Part shown: one piece after another, positions 42,103-49,841 of the stretch
How positions within the stretch are numbered: position 1 is the stretch's first letter
Layout: every line of letters begins with the position of its first letter
NCBI GenBank assembly: GCA_964442905.1
Contig: CAYUBD010000001.1
Span: 1-49,841 of the forward strand
Length of the DNA: 49,841 nt
Origin: an uncultured archaeon
GTDB lineage: Archaea; Aenigmatarchaeota; Aenigmatarchaeia; QMZP01; JAFGSV01
Reading direction: 5' to 3'
The notes under the pieces: generated by a model
What the model was told of the DNA's origin: nothing
The model's input: only the letters and a program-made list of their open reading frames with translations
The model's database searches: none
Translations under genes and position numbers: made by a program

Positions 42103-43005
42103 CTATTTAATGCTACCAGCTTCCTCAGTGACGTTCTTGAGTATATCCATGAAAATAGATTCGAATTTCTTTTCATAAACCACCACAGGCTTCCCGTTGA
42201 CAAGGGCATCCACGAATCTCCTGTCGTATGGTATTTTACCCAGAAGCTTGATACCCATGCTCTCCGCAAAGCGCTCTATCTTCCTGCTGAACTCCGGATT
42301 GAGGTCGAACTTGTTTATAACCAGTCCGCTCTTTATTCCGAAATGGCTCACTATCTTGAGCGCCCTCTTTACATCACTTAGGGCAGACGGCGTGGGCTCA
42401 GTGACGGCTATCACGTAATCAGATCCCATGACCGACGCTATCACCGGGCATCCTATACCAGCAGCCGCGTCTGTCAACATGATATCCGCCTTTTCGTCTG
42501 CCGCCAGGGATGAAGCCCTGTCCTTGACAATATATATGACCTTCCCTGAGCCCGACTCGCCCATCTTCAGCTGGCCGGTGACTAGAGGGAAGCCGTAAGG
42601 GCTCCTGCCGGTTCCTATCATGGCGTTCTTCACTTCCTCAAGCCTTATAGCTTTCTCCGGGCATATGAGCTCGCAGGCCCCGCATCCCTCGCAGAAAAGG
42701 CTCCTGAAGACCGGTATTTTCTTCTTCTCGTTCCAGCTTATGGCACCGAACGCGCATACATCCCTGCATTTCCCGCAACCTGTGCATCTCTTCTCGTCAA
42801 GCACTGCTTTCTTGTTCGTGGTTATATCTTCCCAGGAATCGTAGTCCTTTTCGTCCATACCCAGACTCAGTCCCAGATCCGGCGCATCGACGTCGCAGTC
42901 TGCCACGACTATCTTCTTCTCTTTTGCGAGAAGCACGGAAAGCGACGAGCTGAGCATGGACTTGCCGACCCCGCCCTTGCCTGAAACGACTGTTATCTTC
43001 TTCAT
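42103..43005 (-). CDS. MinD/ParA-superfamily P-loop ATPase with an inserted 2x[4Fe-4S] ferredoxin domain (COG1149 type)
   Basis: Deviant Walker A 'GKGGVGKS'. Insert with 'CTGCGKCRDVC' and 'CEGCGACELICP'. Confidence 0.85.
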   Translation of the reverse strand: MKKITVVSGKGGVGKSMLSSSLSVLLAKEKKIVVADCDVDAPDLGLSLGMDEKDYDSWEDITTNKKAVLDEKRCTGCGKCRDVCAFGAISWNEKKKIPVFRSLFCEGCGACELICPEKAIRLEEVKNAMIGTGRSPYGFPLVTGQLKMGESGSGKVIYIVKDRASSLAADEKADIMLTDAAAGIGCPVIASVMGSDYVIAVTEPTPSALSDVKRALKIVSHFGIKSGLVINKFDLNPEFSRKIERFAESMGIKLLGKIPYDRRFVDALVNGKPVVVYEKKFESIFMDILKNVTEEAGSIK

Positions 43006-43784
43006 AAGACAGGCCTCCTCATTTTGGTCTCAGTCATATCTATGGGCTTTGCGTCCGGTTTTTCAAGGTCATAGATGGATATCGCATTGAGCCCCTTTTT
43101 GATGAATATATCCGTTATCCCCCCAAGCTCACTTCCGGAGAGAGGCTTTGACGTGCTCGGCCTTAAGGGTGTGTCTATCTGCACCTCGTCAGGCTTTATG
43201 GACGCAGCGAGATCAGCCAGCTCATCCGCGAGCCCCCGGTTCTCCTCAATCAACATAATCTGCAGTGACAACTTCCCCTCGTATTCGCTCCTGAAAAGCC
43301 TGAGTGAGTTTATTATCTCGCCAAGCCTCAGGCCTTCAGCGGGCCTGTTTACCTTCATGAACGTCTCGTAATCCGGAGCGTCGAGTTTCGCGACCACGTG
43401 GCCTATCTTCTTCAGGTCTTTCCGGACATCGGGACGGGGCATCAGGGACGAGTTCGTCAGTATTGCAGTCGGGAGTCCGCTCATCTTCTTTGCGGTTTCC
43501 GCCAGCTCTCCCAGATTGGAAGCAAGCGTGGGCTCTGAATTGCCGGAGAATGTTATTATCTGCGGGTCAGTCTTCTTGAGCGCATCCTGCAGGTCCTTCT
43601 CGACAGCTTCCCTCTGCACGAAGACCTTCCTTTCGGTCATGTATGTGAGGGGGCCCAGAGACTGTAACTGGCAGTAGATGCAGTCGAAGCTGCAAATCCT
43701 GCTGCCGGGTGCGGAGCACACGGGGTCTATGCCTAGTGAAATCCCGAGCCTCCTTGAAGGCACGGGGCCGTAGACAGTCTTCAT
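43002..43784 (-). CDS. Small radical SAM enzyme
   Basis: 'YGPVPSRRLGISLGI' N-terminus and the 'CSFDCIYC' CxxxCxxC motif. ATGA overlaps on both sides. Confidence 0.85.
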   Translation of the reverse strand: MKTVYGPVPSRRLGISLGIDPVCSAPGSRICSFDCIYCQLQSLGPLTYMTERKVFVQREAVEKDLQDALKKTDPQIITFSGNSEPTLASNLGELAETAKKMSGLPTAILTNSSLMPRPDVRKDLKKIGHVVAKLDAPDYETFMKVNRPAEGLRLGEIINSLRLFRSEYEGKLSLQIMLIEENRGLADELADLAASIKPDEVQIDTPLRPSTSKPLSGSELGGITDIFIKKGLNAISIYDLEKPDAKPIDMTETKMRRPVL

Positions 43785-44443
43785 ATCTCAATCACGCTCC
43801 CGGCCTTTATCTCCCTGAAATTGTCCGGATACTTCTTTCGTATCTCGGCGGTATGCTGCGTGCAGTGACATGGTGAAAGCATCTCTATACCATCCAGCTT
43901 CCCGAAATCCGAGAAGCCGTGGAAGCCGCCCATTATCCAGTATATCTCTCCCATCTCACGCGCTTTCGTTATTATGTTTCCGACTCCGGGATGTGAGCAT
44001 CCCGCTATGACTATAAGGCCTTTCGGTGTCTTCAGCACGAGCGACTGCTCGTCGGGCAGGTCGCCGCCGCTTTCCAGCTCACCGGTCGTGTAGACGTTCT
44101 CCGTTATCCTTTCCTGCCCTCTTATCTCCTTTATCTTCGACCTTCCCCTGGCCGTGGCCTTCGTCTTCCCAGAGAAGGACGCAGGGATGAGCACCTCCGG
44201 GTTTTCCGTGTGCTTCAGCAGCTCATCCAGCCCGCCGGTGTGATCCCAGTGGTCGTGAGAAAGCACGATGATGTCTATGGATGCGGGGTCTATGCCCAGC
44301 TTCTCCATGTTCTCCATAAGGGGTTTTCCCTTATCACCGCAGTCGAAAAGTATCTTTTTGCCGTTCTCTATAAGGCATGAGAAACCCCATCCTGACCTGA
44401 GTCCCTCTTCAGCATTGTTGTCATACACAATTGTTATCTTCAT
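43781..44443 (-). CDS. Metallo-beta-lactamase-fold protein (COG1237 type)
   Basis: 'LSHDHWDH' metal motif and 'CSHPG'. The start at 44443 forms ATGA with the upstream stop. Confidence 0.8.
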   Translation of the reverse strand: MKITIVYDNNAEEGLRSGWGFSCLIENGKKILFDCGDKGKPLMENMEKLGIDPASIDIIVLSHDHWDHTGGLDELLKHTENPEVLIPASFSGKTKATARGRSKIKEIRGQERITENVYTTGELESGGDLPDEQSLVLKTPKGLIVIAGCSHPGVGNIITKAREMGEIYWIMGGFHGFSDFGKLDGIEMLSPCHCTQHTAEIRKKYPDNFREIKAGSVIEI

Positions 44444-45285
44444 TTCATCAGCCACCCCGCAAGCGCCTTTATGTTGGCATCCTTCACAGCTTCTCCTTTT
44501 GAATAGCTCTGCATGACGGATTTGCTGTATGGTATCCTTGCTATTATCTCGACGCCGTACTTTTTTGCAATCTTCTCTATGAGCTCAGGCTTTCCCACGT
44601 CCGACCTGTTGAGGATTATCTTGCCCGGAACGCCAAGCACCTTCATCAGCTTCAGTATCAGCTCAAGGTCGTGTGCTCCCAGCGGCGTGGGCTCTGTTAC
44701 AGCCAGCGCGATGTCGTTCTCCAGGAGCGCTGTTATCACGTCGCAGTGCGTGCCTGCGGCCGTGTCGGTTATGACGAAATCATAGTCGGGGCTTCTCGAT
44801 TTAACGATATCCTTGGCAGCTTCCACAACGAACTCCGAGACCGGCTCCCCGGGCTTCAGCTCCCCGCTTATCAGGTCAACACTGCCTTTACTTCCCTCAT
44901 AAACGGTGCCTATCTCCTTGTAGGTCTTTCCTATTGCGCCTGTCGGGCAGGCTATCATGCAGGCCCCGCAACCGCTGCACTGCTCGGGAACGAATATGGG
45001 ATATTTCCCTTTTATCTGAACGATGGAGTTCGTCGTGCATACTTCGGAACACCTTCCGCACTTCGTGCATTTGCTGAAATCCCACTTTGGTATGACCTGT
45101 TTCACAGTCTTTACCTTCCTTCTTCTTGTCGAAAGAATCAGATGGTCGTTCGGGCAGTCCACGTCAGCATCAAAAAGCAGCACCTTCCCGCGCTTTGAAA
45201 GCTCAGCTGCCAGTGCAGTGGCTACCGTTGACTTTCCGGTGCCTCCCTTCCCGCCGGTTACAGCTATCTTCAAAGTTATCACCAT
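44440..45285 (-). CDS. MinD/ParA-superfamily P-loop ATPase with an inserted ferredoxin domain (second copy)
   Basis: 'GGKGGTGKS'. Insert with 'CTKCGRCSEVC' and 'CSGCGACMIACP'. Confidence 0.85.
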   Translation of the reverse strand: MVITLKIAVTGGKGGTGKSTVATALAAELSKRGKVLLFDADVDCPNDHLILSTRRRKVKTVKQVIPKWDFSKCTKCGRCSEVCTTNSIVQIKGKYPIFVPEQCSGCGACMIACPTGAIGKTYKEIGTVYEGSKGSVDLISGELKPGEPVSEFVVEAAKDIVKSRSPDYDFVITDTAAGTHCDVITALLENDIALAVTEPTPLGAHDLELILKLMKVLGVPGKIILNRSDVGKPELIEKIAKKYGVEIIARIPYSKSVMQSYSKGEAVKDANIKALAGWLMK

Positions 45286-45343
45286 TCATGGACCCGACAC
45301 GTTCCGAAGAATAGAAAATCCCGGACAGCCGGCAGAAACTTCA

Positions 45344-45673
45344 TCAGCGCCCGCAGTTTCCCTCAAGGTCTTTAAGCCTGTCAAAATTACTGACAACTTC
45401 CCTAACGGTCCTGAACGTGCCTGTCTTCAGCTTTATTCCCATTTTGCCGCACAGCTCAATCGCCCTCATGCCCATTTCGAACGTGTATATGGCATCCACG
45501 TCGAGGCCTTCGAGAGCCACGACAGGCGAGCATCCCTGCGTGGGCTTGACTTCCACTACATCAAGCTTCTTCCGGGAAGAATCGTATACCGCCATGAGCT
45601 GCACGTGACCGAAATGGGGATGCACCTTGGAATCCATTCCCTTGTTCTCTATCAAAGCCATTGCTATTTTCAT
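45344..45673 (-). CDS. NifX/NifB-C-terminal-domain-like protein (COG1433 type)
   Basis: 'MKIAMAL ... HFGHVQLMAVYD ...' matches the dinitrogenase FeMo-cofactor-biosynthesis-domain pattern. Confidence 0.75.
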   Translation of the reverse strand: MKIAMALIENKGMDSKVHPHFGHVQLMAVYDSSRKKLDVVEVKPTQGCSPVVALEGLDVDAIYTFEMGMRAIELCGKMGIKLKTGTFRTVREVVSNFDRLKDLEGNCGR

Positions 45674-45698
45674 TCACAACACCTTTTTATCCTGAAAA

Positions 45699-46145
45699 TC
45701 ACTGCTGCCACCGTCTGCCTCTGCCGGCACCTGTTCCGCCGCCTCTTCCGCTTCCCATGCCGGATCCGAAACCTCCGGGCATGCCTATTCCCATCACGCC
45801 GGGAGCATTAACCTTTGTAAGCTTTCCCTGCATGAACTGCATGACGTTTTCCTCAACTGTTCCTGCGGTTCCGGCGTATGCTTCTATCCCGACCTGCTGG
45901 AAGACTCCGAATGCTCTGGGACCGACCGCGCCTGATATGACTGCCTTGACGCCCTCATTCCCGACCGTCTGGGCGGCCATTATGCCTGCGCCGCCGCCCT
46001 GCATTGCCGCGCCGTTCTGGACATCCTTGTGACCGGTTATCTTCTTGCCGTCTGTCTCTACTATGACAAACCATGGGCACCTTCCGAAAACCGGACTTGT
46101 CTGGCTTTTCAGTCCCTGCCCTGTCGAACTTACTGCTATCTTCAT
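45699..46145 (-). CDS. IssA-like protein: NifX/NifB-family domain with a Gly/Arg-rich C-terminal tail
   Basis: 'MKIAVSSTG ... VFGRCPWFVIVE ...' domain plus the tail 'GMPGGFGSGMGSGRGGGTGAGRGRRWQQ'. This is the same architecture as the P. furiosus thioferrate storage protein IssA. Confidence 0.75.
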   Translation of the reverse strand: MKIAVSSTGQGLKSQTSPVFGRCPWFVIVETDGKKITGHKDVQNGAAMQGGGAGIMAAQTVGNEGVKAVISGAVGPRAFGVFQQVGIEAYAGTAGTVEENVMQFMQGKLTKVNAPGVMGIGMPGGFGSGMGSGRGGGTGAGRGRRWQQ

Positions 46146-46195
46146 ATTATTACCTCCAAAATTTTCTGTTTGAATAGATTTCTTTTACTCCTTTA

Positions 46196-46519
46196 TTACC
46201 TTTTAGTGAATCTTCTTGCTGTCTCGGCTGCGTCAGTCTCCTCAGGTACCACATCATTTCTTTTCCAGGGATATGGGCCTTTTGCCTGGAGTGGCCTGAC
46301 CGTGACAAGTGTCCCCAGACCATCATCAAAATTTTCCTCTATGTACCTTTTTAGCTTAGGCCCTCTTTCTCCGGGCGGGGCATCTCTAATATATGATGGC
46401 AGTTCAAGGCTGTATATCATATCATCCGAAGAAACTACCAGCAGATATTCTGCTTTGCTGAGATGCGCTGCCCTGTAAAGTTCACCGTCTTTGTATGAAA
46501 CGATTGCTGCTTTTTTCAT
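46196..46519 (-). CDS. Hypothetical protein (107 aa) inside the cluster
   Basis: ORF. Its N-terminus 'MKKAAIVSYKDG...AAHLSKAEYLLVVSSDD' faintly resembles the first strands of the NifX-like fold. Confidence 0.5.
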   Translation of the reverse strand: MKKAAIVSYKDGELYRAAHLSKAEYLLVVSSDDMIYSLELPSYIRDAPPGERGPKLKRYIEENFDDGLGTLVTVRPLQAKGPYPWKRNDVVPEETDAAETARRFTKR

Positions 46520-46563
46520 TTTTCACCCTAGATATTTCACCGTTCAAATCCACTTCAATGCTA

Positions 46564-46974
46564 TTATTTCTCCTTTTTGATTTCAGCTATTCTCTTTTCT
46601 ATCGATTCCATCTCCTGCCTGATTGCTTCCAGTTCCTGTTTCAGCATATTTTTCTCCTGCTCCAGGGACTGGCTTTCCTGCTCCTTTGTCGGCTGTGCAA
46701 AAGGGTATGCTGGCTGCTGTACTGGCTGAACCGGCACGGTTTGTGTCTGTACCGGGTAACCTGCTCCGGCCCTGTACCATCCAGGCTGTCCAGTGGTCCT
46801 TGCCCAGAACCTGTTTCCCCTTCCTCGTCCGAATGCTGCCGCTCCTCTTCCGGCAAAACCACGTCCGAATCCGGCATTTGCGAATCCTGGAGCCTGGAAA
46901 CCGCTGCAGTAACCCATTCCTCTTCCTGTCATCGAACCCATTCCCATAGGTCCTGTTCCGTCTCCTGCTGGCAT
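46564..46974 (-). CDS. DUF5320-type protein (GRG-rich N-terminal half, C-terminal coiled coil)
   Basis: 'MPAGDGTGPMGMGSMTGRGMGYC ... FGRGFAGRG ... GRGRGNR', then 'LKQELEAIRQEMESIEKRIAEIKKEK'. Confidence 0.75.
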   Translation of the reverse strand: MPAGDGTGPMGMGSMTGRGMGYCSGFQAPGFANAGFGRGFAGRGAAAFGRGRGNRFWARTTGQPGWYRAGAGYPVQTQTVPVQPVQQPAYPFAQPTKEQESQSLEQEKNMLKQELEAIRQEMESIEKRIAEIKKEK

Positions 46975-47001
46975 ATCAACACCTCCTATTCAATTTTAAC
47001 A

Positions 47002-47436
47002 TCAAGCCCTTCCCATGGGCGTTCCGCACTTCGGGCATTTCTGCTGGAAGCATGGCATTCCTCTCTCGTGTGCTGCGATCTCCCCGCACTTCGGGCAGAC
47101 GCAATTACCACCGGGGCCGAGCCCCTGTCCTCCTTTGAGTCCTTTTCCCATCATGTAATCACCTCCTCCTATACGCAGGGCTTTCCCTTTTATCAGTGAT
47201 TCCGCTATCTTCTTCCTTGCGGAAGCGAGCACCCTGTGAAACGTTGGCCTTGAAACATGCATCTTCTTTGCGCATTCCTCCTGCTCGAGACCCTCATAAT
47301 CCTTGAGCCTTACAGCCTCTATTTCCTCCACGCTGAGAGCGTTCTCTTCAAGCTCCCTCATGGGTATGCCTGATGGCTTGAAGTATGTCACATCAGGTTC
47401 CCTCTGGACCATCCTGGTCTTTTTCGGCCTTACCAT
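47002..47436 (-). CDS. DUF134/UPF0251 predicted DNA-binding protein with a C-terminal zinc ribbon
   Basis: 'MVRPKKTRMV...P.VTYFKP.G ... LSVEEIEAVRLKDYEGLEQEECAKKMHVSRPTFHRVL' (sigma-70 region-4-like HTH) and the C-terminal 'CPKC ... CPKC'. The start is set at the ATG at 47436. Confidence 0.8.
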   Translation of the reverse strand: MVRPKKTRMVQREPDVTYFKPSGIPMRELEENALSVEEIEAVRLKDYEGLEQEECAKKMHVSRPTFHRVLASARKKIAESLIKGKALRIGGGDYMMGKGLKGGQGLGPGGNCVCPKCGEIAAHERGMPCFQQKCPKCGTPMGRA

Positions 47437-47506
47437 TATGAACATATGTCCATAATGATTTAAAAAGTTTACGGTGGATGGGCTTTGTTTAAGCATGCTT
47501 TCGCAG

Positions 47507-49841
47507 TCACTTTTTGAGAACAAGTTCCGCATAGAACGTATCGTCATCTGATTTCTCTATCCTGAAGCCACGCTTCCTGAGCATGTTCCTCATTATCACG
47601 TTGTCGCGCAGGAAGCTGGCATAAATCTTGCCTATCCCCCGCTTCTTCGCTATCTCAAGGACGTAATCAGCCATCCTGTTTCCAAGGTCCTTGTTCTGCC
47701 ACGGGTCCGCCACCACTATGGCGAATTCCGCGCTCTCATTATATGCATCGGCTATTATCCTCGCAACACCTATCATCTTCTTTTTCCCGCGCTCTTCTAT
47801 CTCGGCTATTATCGCTATCTCCCTGTCATAGTCGTTCTGCGTGTACCTTATGAGCATGTCGTGGGATATATCGCTTATCAGCTCGAAGAACCTGAATCGC
47901 TGTGTCTGCTCCGAGAACTTGGTGAACATCTCGCCTTCCATGTGCTCGTCCTCGGGCTTTATGGGCCTGAGCAGGACTTTTTTCCCGTCGTTCATGGTGA
48001 ATTCAGTGATGTACTCCTTCGGGTACGGCGATATCACGAGATGTGAGTATGGCTTGACCTTCTTCCCCCTGAGCGTTTCATCAAGAACCACCTTTGCATC
48101 CATGGCAACGCCGCCTTTCTCGTCTATGCCGAACGGGTTTATGTCAATCTCCTTTATCTGCGGGAAGTCCTGCAGAAGATAAGCGAACTTGTAGAGAAGG
48201 AATTCCAGCACCCTGATGTCCACACCTTTCATGCCTCTGTAGCCCTTGAGCAGCTTGTATATCTTCGTTTCCTCTATTATCCTCCTCGCAAGCACCATGT
48301 TAAGCGGTGGAAGGCCTACATTCGTGTCCTTGAAGACCTCGACGGCGACGCCTCCCATTCCGAATAGTATCACCGGGCCGAATATCGGGTCTTTCTTGCT
48401 TCCGAACAGCAGCTCGTACTTCTTGCTTACCATCTTCTCCATGAACACGCCTTCTATCTTTGCATTGGGTTCATGCTTTTTTGCGGACGTGATTATTTTT
48501 CCGAATGCCCTGGCTGCTTCATCCTTTGTCTTTATTCCCAGCATGACGCCTCCCACATCGGTCTTGTGCAGTATGTCAGGCGACATGATCTTCATCACGA
48601 CCGGGAAACCAATCTTCTGGGCGACTGATTCAGCCTCTTTCGCACTTTTGGCAACGCCACTCTTGGTGACGGGTATCCCATAGTTCGAGAGCATCTCCTT
48701 GGCTTCATTTTCCGTGAGCGCATTCCTTCCTTCGCTGAACGCCTTTTCCACGATCTTCCTGTTCTCTTCGGTCCTGGGAACTATCTCATGCGGTATGGTG
48801 GACGGTGTCTCGTAAAGAAGCTCTATGTTCCTCGCATACCTGTACATGTACATGAATGACTTTACGGCGTGCTCTGGAGTCTCGTAGACAGGCACGTTCG
48901 AATTCTTGAGTATTTCCTTGGCATCGATGACATCCCTTCCGCCAAGCCACGATGCAAGTACGATCTTCTTCATGGGCTTGTTGAGCTCGCCTATCTGCCT
49001 CGCTATGCCGCTCGCATCAGTCATTGCCTGCGGCGTGAGCATCACGAGTATACCGTCAACGTTCTCATCGTTCATGCAGGCATCTATCGCTATCTTGAAC
49101 CGGTCGGCTCCGGCATCACCAAGGACGTCTATGGGATTCGAGAGGTTGCATATCGGCGGCAGTGACTTTTTCAGCGTTTCAACAGTTTCCTTCCCGAGCA
49201 CTGCAAGCTCACCTCCCAGCGATGCCAGCGAATCCGTTGCTATCACGCCTGGACCGCCTGCGTTCGTTACTATCGCAAGCTTCTTACCTTTCGGCCTCCT
49301 CTGCATGGAAAGCGTCTGCGCGCAGTCGAACAGTTCTCCTATCTCGTTGACCCTCACGACTCCCGCCCGCTTGAATGCGGCGTCAAAAACGAGGTCATTG
49401 CCTGCCAGCGCTCCTGTATGGGATCTGGCAGCACGGGCGCCGGCCTCGCTCCTGCCTGCCTTGAGGACGACTATAGGTTTGGTCCTCGCGAACGACCTGG
49501 CCGCGCTGAGAAACTTCTTGGCATCTCTCAGGGATTCCATGTATATGACTATGCTGGACGTGTTGGCATCGCTTCCGAAATAATCTATGAGGTCATGGAA
49601 GCTTACGTCTATCATCGAGCCTATCGAGACGAAATAGCTGAATCCGACATTCTGGTTGATGGACCAGTCGAGCATGGCCGTTCCCAGCGCGCCGCTCTGC
49701 GAGATGAATGCTATCCTCCCCTTCTTGGGAACCCTGCTCCCGAACGTTGCGTTGAGGTTTATGTATGGGTTTATGAGTCCCAGGCAGTTCGGTCCTATTA
49801 TCCTCATGCCGTAACTTCGTGCTTTTACCAGTATCTCTTCC
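47507..49841 (-). CDS. ADP-forming acetyl-CoA synthetase-like protein fused to a C-terminal GNAT acetyltransferase (Pat-like architecture); 5' end lies outside the window
   Basis: Succinyl-CoA-synthetase-like region with phosphohistidine motif 'RSHTGALAG', an ATP-grasp region ('GFPVVMKIMSPDILHKTDVGGV'), and a C-terminal GNAT ('VADPWQNKDLGNRM'). The reading frame stays open to the window edge. Confidence 0.85.
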   Translation of the reverse strand, partial: EEILVKARSYGMRIIGPNCLGLINPYINLNATFGSRVPKKGRIAFISQSGALGTAMLDWSINQNVGFSYFVSIGSMIDVSFHDLIDYFGSDANTSSIVIYMESLRDAKKFLSAARSFARTKPIVVLKAGRSEAGARAARSHTGALAGNDLVFDAAFKRAGVVRVNEIGELFDCAQTLSMQRRPKGKKLAIVTNAGGPGVIATDSLASLGGELAVLGKETVETLKKSLPPICNLSNPIDVLGDAGADRFKIAIDACMNDENVDGILVMLTPQAMTDASGIARQIGELNKPMKKIVLASWLGGRDVIDAKEILKNSNVPVYETPEHAVKSFMYMYRYARNIELLYETPSTIPHEIVPRTEENRKIVEKAFSEGRNALTENEAKEMLSNYGIPVTKSGVAKSAKEAESVAQKIGFPVVMKIMSPDILHKTDVGGVMLGIKTKDEAARAFGKIITSAKKHEPNAKIEGVFMEKMVSKKYELLFGSKKDPIFGPVILFGMGGVAVEVFKDTNVGLPPLNMVLARRIIEETKIYKLLKGYRGMKGVDIRVLEFLLYKFAYLLQDFPQIKEIDINPFGIDEKGGVAMDAKVVLDETLRGKKVKPYSHLVISPYPKEYITEFTMNDGKKVLLRPIKPEDEHMEGEMFTKFSEQTQRFRFFELISDISHDMLIRYTQNDYDREIAIIAEIEERGKKKMIGVARIIADAYNESAEFAIVVADPWQNKDLGNRMADYVLEIAKKRGIGKIYASFLRDNVIMRNMLRKRGFRIEKSDDDTFYAELVLKK

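Noticed and set aside
29829-47506. SurR-type GTTn3AAC boxes in the promoters of the mbh, nsr-like, issA-like and trx operons
   Set aside because: A scan by eye of the intergenic gaps found none. I cannot exclude degenerate sites without a matrix scan.
1-49841. CRISPR arrays, transposases/integrases, rRNA genes and prophage-like blocks
   Set aside because: I saw no regularly spaced direct repeats, no recombinase-like ORFs and no rRNA-like sequence. The window looks like core/accessory chromosome rather than a mobile element.

Overview
This window is an archaeal chromosomal segment. The evidence is an MCM helicase, an intron-containing tRNA, TATA-box/leaderless promoters and a 14-gene Mrp-type membrane-bound hydrogenase. 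No transposase, integrase or CRISPR array is visible.

The left third (0-20 kb) is mostly housekeeping: argS, tRNA-Val, pyrD-pyrK-pyrC, mcm, an ArsR-iscS-iscU-DUF1858 unit, scattered [NiFe]-hydrogenase maturation genes (hypA and two endopeptidases) and a DEAD-box helicase.

Positions 20.1-29.5 kb hold a complete mbhA-N operon collinear with Pyrococcus mbh. It is followed on the same strand by a radical-SAM gene and a SlyD-type FKBP.

From 29.5 kb to the window end, almost everything is on the minus strand and forms a dense thiol/Fe-S/metal island:
- ferredoxin plus an FTR-catalytic-subunit-like protein, a CoA-binding protein, and Grx-like and Trx proteins
- znuACB, and a Trx-CcdA fusion
- an unusual soluble NuoB/C/D/I-like module with a degenerate [NiFe] site, flanked by a thioredoxin and ferredoxins
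- zupT and a CoADR/NSR-like flavoprotein
- a nine-gene translationally coupled cluster (DUF134, DUF5320, IssA-like and NifX-like proteins, two MinD-ferredoxin ATPases, an MBL-fold protein and a radical SAM enzyme)
- a truncated Pat-like ACD-GNAT fusion at the edge

All product calls come from motifs read by eye. No database search was run, and start codons were refined manually from overlaps and ATG positions.
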